Shown here: in pieces, positions 8,940-17,803 of the stretch
Layout: each line of letters begins with the position of its first letter
Numbering within the stretch: the stretch's first letter is position 1
From: an uncultured Actinomycetota bacterium
Lineage (GTDB): Bacteria > Actinomycetota > Actinomycetes > Propionibacteriales > Nocardioidaceae
Direction of reading: 5' to 3'
Assembly: GCA_963755835.1 (NCBI GenBank)
Contig: CAVWLC010000005.1
Span: 1,524,910-1,588,909 of the forward strand
Length of the DNA stretch: 64,000 nt
The notes under the pieces: model-generated
Told to the model about the DNA's origin: nothing
Database searches by the model: none
What the model saw: the letters and a program-made list of their open reading frames with translations, nothing else
Program-made: the position numbers and the translations under genes

Positions 8940-9771
8940 GGATGTCGGTGAGCAGGATGCCCCGGGCTCCGATCTCGTAGAGCTCGTCCATCAGCCGCTG
9001 CGCACCGTCGCGCGGCACCATCGCGCGCACCGCCACCCAGCCCTCGCGATGGAGAGGTGCGATCGTCGGGCCCTCGATCCCCGGCGTGAGGGCCACAGCC
9101 GCGGCGACCCGCTCCTGCTCGATGTCGTAGTCCATCATCACGTAGGCCCGCGCGACCAGGACGCCCTCGACCCGCCGGCGGAAGATCTCGAACCCTGCAG
9201 GTACGTCGCCCGACCGGGTGACCAGCACCGCCTCGGACTCCAGGATGGTCTCGCCGAAGACCTCGAGCCCGGCCTGCCGCAGCGTGCTCCCGGTCTCGAC
9301 GACGTCCGCGACCACGTCGGCCACACCGAGCTGGATCGAGGTCTCGACGGCACCGTCGAGGCGGACCACCTCGGCCTCGATGCCGCGCTCCTGCAGGAAC
9401 GCGCTCACCACGCCGACGTACGACGTGGCGATCCGGGTCCCGGCCAGCTGCGACAGGTCGGTGAACCTCCCGGTCGGGCCGGCGAACCGGAACCGGCTCC
9501 GCCCGAAGCCCAGCGACAGAACCTCCTCGGCCTTGGCCCCCGAGTCGCGCAGGAGGTCACGACCGGTGACGCCGACGTCGAGGGTGCCCTCGCCGACGTA
9601 CAGCGCGATGTCGCGCGGGCGCAGGTAGAAGAACTCGACGTCGTTCTCGGCGTCGGTGAGGGTGAGCTGCTTGGCGTCGTCGCGCTGGCGGTAGCCGGAC
9701 TCGCGGAGGATCTCAGCAGCGGACTGGGCCAGGGACCCCTTGTTGGGGACGGCGATGCGGAGGAGCGGCAC
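8923..9771 (-). CDS. hisG: ATP phosphoribosyltransferase (long form)
   Basis: LRIAVPNKGSLAQSAAEILRESGY...FFYLRPRDIALYVGEGTLDVGVTGRDLL. GTG start 6 nt after AGGAG. Confidence 0.95.
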   Translation of the reverse strand: MPLLRIAVPNKGSLAQSAAEILRESGYRQRDDAKQLTLTDAENDVEFFYLRPRDIALYVGEGTLDVGVTGRDLLRDSGAKAEEVLSLGFGRSRFRFAGPTGRFTDLSQLAGTRIATSYVGVVSAFLQERGIEAEVVRLDGAVETSIQLGVADVVADVVETGSTLRQAGLEVFGETILESEAVLVTRSGDVPAGFEIFRRRVEGVLVARAYVMMDYDIEQERVAAAVALTPGIEGPTIAPLHREGWVAVRAMVPRDGAQRLMDELYEIGARGILLTDIHACRL

Positions 9772-9945
9772 GGAGGACTCCTGCTAGGGCGTGGTGGTCA
9801 AGTATGCGGCGTCGCGAGCGTCGCGAGGGACGTGCAATGGCGAGGCGGAGGAGCGAAGTCGTAGTTGGCCTCCTACGAGGGACGACAACGAAGCCAGTGC
9901 GCGTTCATCGCGGCGCGCAGCAGGCGCAGACTTGGTCACCGCGCC

Positions 9946-10209
9946 CTAGAGGTGTGCGTAGACGTCGTCGAGCTCGATGCCGGTGGCCAGCATGAGGACC
10001 TGTGCGTGGTAGAGCAGCTGGCTGATCTCCTCGGCCGCCCGCTCCCTGCCCTCGTGCTCGGCGGCCATCCACGACTCCGCGGCCTCCTCGACCAGCTTCT
10101 TGCCGATGGCGTGTACGCCGGCGTCGAGCTGGCGCACGGTGCCTGACCCGTCGGGACGGGTGCGGGCCTTCTCGGAGAGCTCCGTCCAGAGCTCCTCGAA
10201 CGTCTTCAC
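9946..10209 (-). CDS. hisE: phosphoribosyl-ATP pyrophosphatase
   Basis: [25 protein letters not shown]...[26 protein letters not shown] at 10209. Confidence 0.92.
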   Translation of the reverse strand: MKTFEELWTELSEKARTRPDGSGTVRQLDAGVHAIGKKLVEEAAESWMAAEHEGRERAAEEISQLLYHAQVLMLATGIELDDVYAHL

Positions 10210-10283
10210 GACGAGCCAGCCTAGTTGCCCGCTCCGGATCAACTCGCTCGCCCGTCCGCCCGTGGACCGGTCAGGATGGGTGG

Positions 10284-10859
10284 GTGAGCCGCAGGATCGT
10301 CGACCTCGACTGGCCCGTGACCACCGAGCGGCTGACGCTCCGGCTCGCCGAGCAGCGCGACGCGCTCCCGACCTACGCCATCCGCACCCAGCCGGACGTG
10401 GCGCGCTGGCTCACCAACTACCCGCACGACCCGGACGAGTGGGAGGCGGGCTTCGGCGACCGGATCGCCAACACCCTGGTCGTCGAGCAGGACGGCACGC
10501 TCATCGGCGACCTCTACCTCCACGTCCAGGATCCCTGGTCGCAGGCCGAGGTGCGCGACCAGGCCGCCGGGACGCTGGCCGAGATCGGCTACGTCTTCGA
10601 CCCGGCGTACGCCGGCCGGGGCTACGCCACCGAAGCGGTCCGGGAGGAGCTGCGGATCTGCTTCGAGGACGTCGGCGTACGCCGGGTGATCGCGCAGTGC
10701 TTCGCCGACAACGAGGCCTCGTGGAAGCTCATGGAGCGCGTCGGCATGCGTCGCGAGCAGCACACCAAGCAGGACTCGTTGCACCGCGACGGCCAGTGGC
10801 TCGACGGGATGATGTACGCGCTGCTGGCCGACGAGTGGCGAGCGGCGCAGCCACGATGA
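10284..10859 (+). CDS. GNAT-family N-acetyltransferase (RimJ/RimL-like)
   Basis: [21 protein letters not shown]...[16 protein letters not shown]. Confidence 0.85.
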   Translation: MSRRIVDLDWPVTTERLTLRLAEQRDALPTYAIRTQPDVARWLTNYPHDPDEWEAGFGDRIANTLVVEQDGTLIGDLYLHVQDPWSQAEVRDQAAGTLAEIGYVFDPAYAGRGYATEAVREELRICFEDVGVRRVIAQCFADNEASWKLMERVGMRREQHTKQDSLHRDGQWLDGMMYALLADEWRAAQPR

Positions 10860-10899
10860 AGGCGTTCGCCGCCTCCCGAGAAGCCAGGCAGGGTGAGCC

Positions 10900-11376
10900 C
10901 TAGAAGTCGCTGAGCCCCCGCAGCGTCCGCGCGGTGGCCAGCGCGGCCGAGGTCGCTTCGTAGCCCTTGTCCTCGTCCGACCCCTCGAGACCGGCCCGGG
11001 CGAGAGCCTGCTGCTCGTCGTCACAGGTGAGTACGCCGAACCCGACGGCCACGGTGTGGTCGAGGGCGATCCTGGTCAGCCCGTCGGTGGCCGCGTTGCA
11101 GACGTAGTCGAAGTGCGGCGTGCCGCCGCGGATCACCACCCCCAGAGCGACCACGGCGTCGTACCCCTGCTGGGCCAGCGCGGAGGCGACGACCGGGAGC
11201 TCGAAGGTGCCGGGGACCCGCACGACCTCGGGCGCGACCTGGAAGTCGGCGCAGGCGCGGGAGGCACCGGCCAGCAGCCCGTCCATCACCCGGGTGTGCC
11301 AGCTCGCGGCCACCACCGCGACCCGCAGGCCGCTCGCGTCGAACGGCTCGACCGCCGCGGCTCCCTCGCCGGTCAC
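10900..11376 (-). CDS. ribH: 6,7-dimethyl-8-ribityllumazine synthase
   Basis: [13 protein letters not shown]...[15 protein letters not shown]. Confidence 0.95.
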   Translation of the reverse strand: MTGEGAAAVEPFDASGLRVAVVAASWHTRVMDGLLAGASRACADFQVAPEVVRVPGTFELPVVASALAQQGYDAVVALGVVIRGGTPHFDYVCNAATDGLTRIALDHTVAVGFGVLTCDDEQQALARAGLEGSDEDKGYEATSAALATARTLRGLSDF

Positions 11377-12710
11377 GACGCTTCTCCGGGGTCCCCGCGG
11401 AAGTCCGCACCGACGGCGCGCAGCGCTCCCGCTGCGGAGCTCCGTGGGGTGGACGGGTGCGCCTCCTCGAGCGGAAGCTCGCCGAGGTCGGGCAGCACGT
11501 GGCCCATCCGGTCCCGCTTGGTGAGCAGGTAGGCGAGATTGTGGTCGTTGGGGTGCGGGGTGAGCGGGACCCGCTCAGCCACCGTGATGCCGTACTCCTC
11601 GAGGTTGGTGACCTTGTCGGGGTTGTTGGTCATCAGCCGGACCGTGCTCACGCCGAGGTCCTTGAGGATCTGGGTGGCCGCACCGTAGTGGCGCGCGTCG
11701 GCCGGGAGGCCGAGGTCGAGGTTGGCGTCGACCGTGTCGCGACCGCCGTCCTGCAGCTGGTAGGCCTGCAGCTTCGCGACCAGCCCGATCCCGCGACCCT
11801 CGTGGCCGCGCAGGTAGACCAGGACACCGCGACCCTCCTCGACGATCCGGTCCATCGCCTCGTTGAGCTGCGGGCCGCAGTCGCACCGGTCGCTGCCGAA
11901 GACGTCGCCGGTCAGGCACTCCGAGTGCACGCGCGTGAGGACCGGAGGCTCACCCGAGACGTCGCCGTACACCAGCGCCACGTGCTCGGAGTCGTCGACG
12001 GTGATCCGGTAGCCGTAGGCCGTGAAGTCACCGTGCCTGGTCGGCAGCCGCGTCTCGGCGACCCGGTTGACCAGCACCTCGTTGCGCCGCCGCCAGCGGA
12101 CCAGGTCCTCGATCGAGATCATCGCCAGCCCGTGCTCGTCGCAGAAGGCCCGCAGCTCGGGGGCGCGCTTCATGCTGCCGTCGTCGTTGACGACCTCGAC
12201 CAGCACGCCGGCCGGGGTGAGCCCGGCGAGCCGGGCCAGGTCGACCGCGGCCTCGGTGTGGCCGCGGCGCGCGAGCACACCGCCCTCCCGGTAGCGCAGC
12301 GGGAAGACGTGGCCGGGCCGGGTGATCTCCCACGGCTCGGTGGCCGAGTCCGCGAGCACCTTCACGGTGTGCGCGCGGTCGGCGGCCGAGATGCCGGTCG
12401 AGACGCCGTCGCGGGCGTCGACCGAGATCGTGTACGCGGTCCGCATCCTGTCCTTGTTGTGCGGCGTCATCAGTGGGATCTCCAGCCGGTCCAGCATGAT
12501 CCCGGGCATCGGCACGCAGATGACGCCGCTGCTGTAGCGGATCGTGAAGGCCATCAGCTCCGGCGTCGCCTTGCTGGCTGCGAAGATCAGGTCGCCCTCG
12601 TTCTCGCGGCTCTCGTCGTCGACGACCACGACCGCCTTCCCGGCGGCGATGTCGGCGACGGCACGCTCGACGGTGTCCATCCGGACTCCCACGTGCTGCG
12701 GTTCGGTCAT
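11373..12710 (-). CDS. ribBA: bifunctional 3,4-dihydroxy-2-butanone-4-phosphate synthase / GTP cyclohydrolase II
   Basis: [15 protein letters not shown]...[13 protein letters not shown] (DHBP synthase domain) and [22 protein letters not shown] (GTP cyclohydrolase II domain). Confidence 0.96.
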   Translation of the reverse strand: MTEPQHVGVRMDTVERAVADIAAGKAVVVVDDESRENEGDLIFAASKATPELMAFTIRYSSGVICVPMPGIMLDRLEIPLMTPHNKDRMRTAYTISVDARDGVSTGISAADRAHTVKVLADSATEPWEITRPGHVFPLRYREGGVLARRGHTEAAVDLARLAGLTPAGVLVEVVNDDGSMKRAPELRAFCDEHGLAMISIEDLVRWRRRNEVLVNRVAETRLPTRHGDFTAYGYRITVDDSEHVALVYGDVSGEPPVLTRVHSECLTGDVFGSDRCDCGPQLNEAMDRIVEEGRGVLVYLRGHEGRGIGLVAKLQAYQLQDGGRDTVDANLDLGLPADARHYGAATQILKDLGVSTVRLMTNNPDKVTNLEEYGITVAERVPLTPHPNDHNLAYLLTKRDRMGHVLPDLGELPLEEAHPSTPRSSAAGALRAVGADFRGDPGEAS

Positions 12711-13321
12711 GACCCGTCCTTCCCAGTGATGTGGGTGGTTTGGAGCAGCTTCTCGACGTGCTTCGCGAGGACGTCGACCTCGAGGTTGACCCGGTCCCCG
12801 GGCCGGCGGCTGCCGAGCGTGGTGCGGGCGAGGGTCTCGGGGATCAGGCTGACGGTGAAGCCGTCGTCGCGGGCCTCGACCACCGTGAGGCTGACGCCGT
12901 CGACCGTGATGGAGCCCTTGTCGACGAGGTAGCGCGCGAGCCCGGTCGGCATGCTCACGTCGACGACCTCCCAGTGCTCACTAGGCGTGCGGCCGGCAAT
13001 GGTGCCGACGCCGTCCACGTGACCCTGCACGATGTGGCCGCCCAGCCGGGTGGTCGGGGTGACGGCGCGCTCGAGGTTCACCCGGTCGCCGGGGCGTACG
13101 CCGGCCAGGCTGGTCTTGTCGAGCGTCTCCTGCATGACGTCGGCGGTCCAGGTGTCGCCGTCGCGCTCGGCGACCGTCAGGCAGCAGCCGTTGACGGAGA
13201 TGGAGTCCCCGAGCCCCGCATCGACCAGCACGTGCTGGGCGTGGATGGTGAGCCGGATCGCGTCGCCCTGGTCCTCGACGCCGGCGACGGTGCCGAGCTC
13301 CTCGATGATCCCGGTGAACAT
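12707..13321 (-). CDS. ribE: riboflavin synthase
   Basis: [12 protein letters not shown]...[13 protein letters not shown]...[11 protein letters not shown]. Internal ATG at 13321. Confidence 0.95.
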   Translation of the reverse strand: MFTGIIEELGTVAGVEDQGDAIRLTIHAQHVLVDAGLGDSISVNGCCLTVAERDGDTWTADVMQETLDKTSLAGVRPGDRVNLERAVTPTTRLGGHIVQGHVDGVGTIAGRTPSEHWEVVDVSMPTGLARYLVDKGSITVDGVSLTVVEARDDGFTVSLIPETLARTTLGSRRPGDRVNLEVDVLAKHVEKLLQTTHITGKDGS

Positions 13322-13479
13322 CAGGTCATGTCTCCCAGCTCGTGGTGGATGCAGGCGTCGTCCAGGCGGGCGCTGGGTAGGCGCCGGCACGCGCGCAGAC
13401 CGGACGTCTTCGAAGGGACGGCAACGACGCCAGCGCGTGATCTGGGCGGCGTCCGGCGCCGCCAGGAACTGGGGGTCAT
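13321..13479 (-). CDS. candidate 52-codon small ORF bridging ribD and ribE (speculative)
   Basis: Its ATG overlaps the ribD stop (ATGA) and its TGA overlaps the ribE ATG (TGATG). The product MTPSSWRRRTPPRSRAG... is very basic, and it uses some rare codons. Confidence 0.3.
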   Translation of the reverse strand: MTPSSWRRRTPPRSRAGVVAVPSKTSGLRACRRLPSARLDDACIHHELGDMT

Positions 13480-14534
13480 GGCCTGAGATCTCCTCTGGTG
13501 GGGGTCATGGTGAAGCGGACGTTGGGCGGCTCGCCGTCGAGCCCGTCGAGCACGGTCACGTCGCTGACCACCGGACGCAGCGCGTCGGCGATGGTGCTGA
13601 TTCCCAGCTCGGCCACGGCGGACTGGCCGCTCCCCAGCAGCATCGGGGCGACGTAGGTGACGATCTCGTCGACCAGTCCGGCCCGCAGGAACGACGCTGC
13701 GAGGGTCGGACCGCCCTCGAGGAAGACGTGCTGGCGGTCCCGCTCGAACAGCGCCCTGAGCGCGGTCCCCGGGTCCCGGGTGCGCAGGCGCAGGGTCTCG
13801 GCCTGGTCGTCGAGGACGCGCCTGGTCGCGGGGAGGTCGCGCTCCCCCATGACGACGCGCAGCGGCTGCAGAGCACGCGGGAGGGGCTGGTCGTGCTCGT
13901 CGCGGACGGTCAGCTGGGGGTCGTCGACCTCGACCGTGCCGGTCCCGACCAGCATCACGTCGCACAACGCGCGCAGCCGGTGCGTGTCGAGCCGGGCGGC
14001 CCGGCTGGAGACCCAGCGGCTGGTGCCGTCGGCGGCGGCGCTGCGGCCGTCGAGAGTGGTGGCGAACTTCCAGGTCACGAAGGGCCGGCCGTGCTCGACC
14101 GCGAACGTCCAGACCCGGTTGAGGGCCCGGGCCTCGTCGCGCATCAGCCCCTGCTCGACGTCGACGCCCGCCTCGCGGAGCAGCGCTCCGCCACCGGCGG
14201 CGACCGGGTTCGGGTCGGCCTGCGCGAACACCACCCGGCGTACGCCGGCCTCCCGGAGGGCAACCGCGCACGGGCCGGTGCGGCCGGTGTGGGCGCAGGG
14301 CTCGAGGGTGACCACCGCGGTCGTGCCCCGGGCCCGCTTCCCCGCCCGGGCCAGCGCGTCGGCCTCGGCGTGCGGGCTGCCGGCCCCGCGGTGGTAGCCC
14401 TCGGCGACGGTCGCGCCCGTGTCGTCGAGCAGCACGCAGCCCACCCGCGGGTTGGGGCCGAGCGGTACGCCGGGCGTGGCCGCCAGCACGACGGCGCGCG
14501 CCATCGCGGCCTGCTCGGCTGGCGTGAAGCCCAT
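13476..14534 (-). CDS. ribD: bifunctional diaminohydroxyphosphoribosylaminopyrimidine deaminase / 5-amino-6-(5-phosphoribosylamino)uracil reductase
   Basis: NPRVGCVLL...HAEADAL...TLEPCAHTGRTGPC (deaminase) and KFATTLDGR (reductase). ATG at 14534. Confidence 0.95.
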   Translation of the reverse strand: MGFTPAEQAAMARAVVLAATPGVPLGPNPRVGCVLLDDTGATVAEGYHRGAGSPHAEADALARAGKRARGTTAVVTLEPCAHTGRTGPCAVALREAGVRRVVFAQADPNPVAAGGGALLREAGVDVEQGLMRDEARALNRVWTFAVEHGRPFVTWKFATTLDGRSAAADGTSRWVSSRAARLDTHRLRALCDVMLVGTGTVEVDDPQLTVRDEHDQPLPRALQPLRVVMGERDLPATRRVLDDQAETLRLRTRDPGTALRALFERDRQHVFLEGGPTLAASFLRAGLVDEIVTYVAPMLLGSGQSAVAELGISTIADALRPVVSDVTVLDGLDGEPPNVRFTMTPTRGDLRP

Positions 14535-14616
14535 CTCCGTTGCCCCTCGTGTCTCGCGCAGACGCGGACTCCGGGGCGACGGCTCGCACCAACACGGAAC
14601 GTGCGGTGCAACGCCT

Positions 14617-14780
14617 GCGTGCGCTTCCCATCCGGACTTTTGACCGTCGGTCCAGGAGTTCCACCTGGTCAACCGGTCACTGGCTGTGACCGGGTCGCGG
14701 ACTTCTGAGCGAAGCGAAGAAGCAGCCTCGGTCAGTCACCGCCGGTTCGGAATTTCACCGACCCCAGAGCACGCGAGCAA
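14617..14780 (-). promoter_or_regulatory. FMN riboswitch (RFN element) controlling the rib operon
   Basis: The minus strand carries the conserved blocks GGGGUCGGUGAAAUUCCGAACCGGCGGU, AGUCCGCGACCCG and GGUUGACCAGGUGGAACUCCUGGACCGACGGUCAAAAGUCCGGAUGGGAAG. P1 pairs GCGUGC with GCACGC. Confidence 0.92.
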
Positions 14781-14945
14781 TCTCTACTCGTCACGACGAG
14801 TTTGCCACACCGATCCAGTGAGAGCGCCCGTGATCCCGCCCACAGAGCGGTCGGGGGCCGGCCTCGACGGCCGATGGCAGGAAGTCGAGGCTGCCGGGCA
14901 GGGCCCGAGGTCGTGCCAGGTCACGAGACCGGCGAGGCTGGACCC

Positions 14946-15848
14946 ATGACCACCCGGCACAGCCTCCTCGCCGTGCTGACGGCGACGATCTGGGGCTTCA
15001 ACTTCGTGGTCATCCAGTGGGGGATGGCCGGCGTGCCGCCCCTGCTCTTCGTGGCCGTCCGCTTCTTCGTGGTGGCGGCGCCGGCCGTGCTGCTCCTGGT
15101 GCCCCGCCCACCGGTCGCGATGTGGAAGATCGCCGCGGTGGGCCTGTTCCTCAGCCTGGGCCAGTTCGCGTTCCTCTATGTCTCCATCGACGTGGGGATG
15201 CCGGCCGGGCTGGCCTCGCTCGTGCTCCAGAGCCAGGTCGTGCTGACCATCGTGGCCGCGGCGGTGGTGCTGCGGGAGCGGCCGACCCGGCCACAGGTCG
15301 CCGGCGTCGTGCTGGGCTCGGTCGGCCTCGTGGTCGTCGCCGCCGGGCGAGACGGTCACGTGCCGCTGCCCGCCCTCCTGCTGTGCCTCGCCGCGGCGTG
15401 CTCCTGGGCGGTCGGCAACGTGGTCGTGCGCGCGCTGAAGGTGCCCGGCGGGCTGTCCCTGACGGTGTGGTCGGCGCTCGTCGTACCGGTGCCGATGCTG
15501 CTCCTGGCCCTGCTGGTCGACGGTCCGGACGGTGTGTCGGCGGGGTTCTCGGCCTTCGGCTGGAAGGCGGTGGTCTCCACGGCCTACACCGCCGTGCTCG
15601 CCAGCTTCGTCGGGTACGGCGCCTGGAACTCGCTGCTGGCGCGCTACCCGTCGAGCCAGGTCGTGCCGTGGGTGCTGCTGGTCCCGCCGGTGGGGATCCT
15701 GAGCGCCTGGCTCTGCCTGGGCGAGACTCCGGGAGCGGCCGAGCTGGCCGGCGGCGCCGTGCTGGTCCTCGGCGTGCTCGTGGCACAGGGTCGACTGCGG
15801 CGCCGGCCGCGCAGCGGGGTCACCGACCCGGCCCTGGCTTCCAGGTAG
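14946..15848 (+). CDS. EamA/DMT-family transporter
   Basis: About ten TM helices and two EamA repeats. ATG at 14946 inside a longer ORF. Confidence 0.85.
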   Translation: MTTRHSLLAVLTATIWGFNFVVIQWGMAGVPPLLFVAVRFFVVAAPAVLLLVPRPPVAMWKIAAVGLFLSLGQFAFLYVSIDVGMPAGLASLVLQSQVVLTIVAAAVVLRERPTRPQVAGVVLGSVGLVVVAAGRDGHVPLPALLLCLAAACSWAVGNVVVRALKVPGGLSLTVWSALVVPVPMLLLALLVDGPDGVSAGFSAFGWKAVVSTAYTAVLASFVGYGAWNSLLARYPSSQVVPWVLLVPPVGILSAWLCLGETPGAAELAGGAVLVLGVLVAQGRLRRRPRSGVTDPALASR

Positions 15849-15863
15849 CTCCAGGTAGTTGGC

Positions 15864-16526
15864 CTAGGGCGCGGCCGCCTCCGCCCTGGCCCGCAGCTCG
15901 GCGACCATGCGGTCGGGGTCGTCGGCCGAGTAGACCGCCGAGCCGGCCACGAAGACGTCGGCGCCGGCCTCGGCGCAGCGCTCGATCGTCTCCAGCGAGA
16001 CGCCCCCGTCGACCTGGAGCCAGGTCTCGATCCCGTGCTTCTCGATCAGCCGGCGGGCGGCGCGGATCTTGGGCAGGCACAGGTCGAGGAACTTCTGGCC
16101 GCCGAACCCAGGCTCCACCGTCATCACCAGCAGCATGTCCAGCTCGGGCAGCAGCTCCTCGTAGGGCTCGACCGGCGTGGCCGGCTTGAGCGCCATGGCC
16201 GCACGCGCGCCCTTGGCCCGGATCTCCCGGGCCAACCGGACCGGTGCCCGGGCGGCCTCGACGTGGAAGGTGACCGAACCGCATCCCGCCTCGACGTACT
16301 CGATCGCGGTGCTGTCCGGGTCCTCGATCATCAGGTGCGCGTCGAGGGGGACGTCCGTGTGTCGGCTGAGCGACTCGAGCATGGTCGGTCCGAAGGTCAG
16401 GTTCGGCACGAAGTGGTTGTCCATCACGTCGACGTGCACCCAGTCCGCGCTGCCGATCCGCGCGACCTCGTCCCCCAGCCGAGCCAGGTCGGCGTTGAGG
16501 ATGCTCGGCGTGATCTGGATGCCCAC
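15864..16526 (-). CDS. rpe: ribulose-phosphate 3-epimerase
   Basis: [17 protein letters not shown]...[19 protein letters not shown]...[12 protein letters not shown]. Confidence 0.96.
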   Translation of the reverse strand: MGIQITPSILNADLARLGDEVARIGSADWVHVDVMDNHFVPNLTFGPTMLESLSRHTDVPLDAHLMIEDPDSTAIEYVEAGCGSVTFHVEAARAPVRLAREIRAKGARAAMALKPATPVEPYEELLPELDMLLVMTVEPGFGGQKFLDLCLPKIRAARRLIEKHGIETWLQVDGGVSLETIERCAEAGADVFVAGSAVYSADDPDRMVAELRARAEAAAP

Positions 16527-16544
16527 GCGCTCAGCCTAGGAGGC

Positions 16545-17105
16545 CTAGGGACCGAGCAGCCGCTGGGCGGTGACCTGGGCGGGGCAGCGGCTCTCGGGTC
16601 GCCCGCACGCGGCGAAGTCGCAGGTGCGGCACCACCAGGCCGCCGACTCCCCCGCCCAGCGGTTCTCGACCCTGCTCTCGACCTGCCCGGAGACCAACTT
16701 GTCGAGCAGCACCTCCAGGGTGTCGACCTCGGCCCGGGTCAGGCGGCTGGTGGCCTGGTGCAGCACCTCGGCCCGAGCCCGCCGGGCCTCCTGCGCGACC
16801 CGCCGGCCGCGGGCGGTCAGCCGGATCTCCACGCGCCGCCGGTCGTCTCCCGGGCGTCGTTGGGCCAGTCCCTCCCGCTCGAGCTGGGTGACCAGCCGTA
16901 CGGCGCCGGAGTGGGTCAGCCCGAGCACGTCGGCCAGGCGCCCGACGTGGGCGCCGCCCAGGAACTCCTCGAGCGCGAGGAGCGCGGTGGCTGCGCTCCC
17001 GGTCAGCCCGGACGCCCGCTCCAGCGCGGCGGTCGTCTCCTCGCCCAGGTTGAGCGCCAGCGCGGCCAGCAGGTTGTCCAGCCGGGGGTTTACGACGGCG
17101 GTCAT
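16545..17105 (-). CDS. MarR-family transcriptional regulator with Cys-rich C-terminal tail
   Basis: wHTH region VGRLADVLGLTHSGAVRLVTQLEREGLAQRRPG..DRRRVEIRLT. The tail is WWCRTCDFAACGRPESRC. Confidence 0.8.
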   Translation of the reverse strand: MTAVVNPRLDNLLAALALNLGEETTAALERASGLTGSAATALLALEEFLGGAHVGRLADVLGLTHSGAVRLVTQLEREGLAQRRPGDDRRRVEIRLTARGRRVAQEARRARAEVLHQATSRLTRAEVDTLEVLLDKLVSGQVESRVENRWAGESAAWWCRTCDFAACGRPESRCPAQVTAQRLLGP

Positions 17106-17112
17106 GTGGTTA

Positions 17113-17133
17113 TTGTATGAGTGAGTCATACAA
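17113..17133. promoter_or_regulatory. AT-rich inverted repeat, candidate MarR operator
   Basis: TTGTATGA-gtgag-TCATACAA lies in the 47-bp divergent spacer between the MarR and SRPBCC genes. Confidence 0.45.
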
Positions 17134-17152
17134 ATCCGAGGAGATGAGCAGG

Positions 17153-17584
17153 ATGGCCGGTTTCGAAGCCACCGCCCAGACCGACGTCGCCGCCCCGCCC
17201 GAGCGGGTGTGGGCCGCGCTGACCGACCCGGCACAGATCGCGACCTACATGCAGGGGTCGAAGGTCACCACGACCTGGGAGGTCGGGAGCCCGATCACCT
17301 GGGACGGCGAGTACGACGGCCGCGGCTACCAGGACAAGGGCGAGGTGCTCACCTACGACGAGCCCCGGGTCCTCTCGGTCACCCACTACAGCCCGATGAT
17401 GGGCCAGCCCGACGAGCCGGAGAACTACCACACGCTCGTCTACACCCTCACCCCCGACGGCGAGCGCACCCGCCTCGAGCTCACCCAGGACGGCAACGAG
17501 AGCCAGGAGCAGGCTGACCAGTTCAGCCAGAACTGGCAGGGCATGCTCGACGGGCTCAAGGCCCAGGTCGAGAACGGCGGCTGA
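17153..17584 (+). CDS. SRPBCC-family protein (AHSA1/START-like)
   Basis: ...PPERVWAALTDPAQIATYM...THYSP...HTLVYTLTPDGERTRLELTQDG.... ATG at 17153, 10 nt after GAGGAG. The start is uncertain, and 17117 or 17144 are alternatives. Confidence 0.75.
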   Translation: MAGFEATAQTDVAAPPERVWAALTDPAQIATYMQGSKVTTTWEVGSPITWDGEYDGRGYQDKGEVLTYDEPRVLSVTHYSPMMGQPDEPENYHTLVYTLTPDGERTRLELTQDGNESQEQADQFSQNWQGMLDGLKAQVENGG

Positions 17585-17632
17585 GGAGCGACGCCCCTCA
17601 CGGGCGAGCCACTGTGGAGGCGCCGCGAACGA

Positions 17633-17797
17633 TGGCTGAGGTGCGAGGCCGTTCACGGCCGAGCCTCGAAGCCTCCACAGCCGGGACACCGACCTGAGCC
17701 GGACCCAGCCCCGGGTCACCAGGCTTCGAGGCTCGTCGCTGACGCTCCTCGCACCTCAGCCACCGTGGCGGTGTCGGGAACGCGCACCTCAGCCACC
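17633..17797. repeat. family-A two-tier palindromic repeat (REP/MITE-like), expanded copy plus an extra terminal arm
   Basis: Outer arms TGGCTGAGGTGCGAGG / CCTCGCACCTCAGCCACC and inner arms GAGCCTCGAAGCC / GGCTTCGAGGCTC, with a 48-nt centre. A second CGCACCTCAGCCACC lies at 17783-17797. The element sits between convergent genes. Confidence 0.85.
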
Positions 17798-17803
17798 GTT
17801 GGC

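Noticed and set aside
12707-13390. Longer 227-aa version of ribE starting at 13390.
   Set aside because: The 23 extra residues are non-conserved and Arg/Pro-rich. The universally conserved MFTGIIEE N-terminus starts at the ATG at 13321.
17585-17803. Short ORFs translated from the palindromic repeats (peptides such as WLRCE...RRASKP or VAEVRGASATSLEA).
   Set aside because: These recur only because the repeat DNA recurs. Outside carA and pyrD they have no start or SD context and lie between convergent genes.
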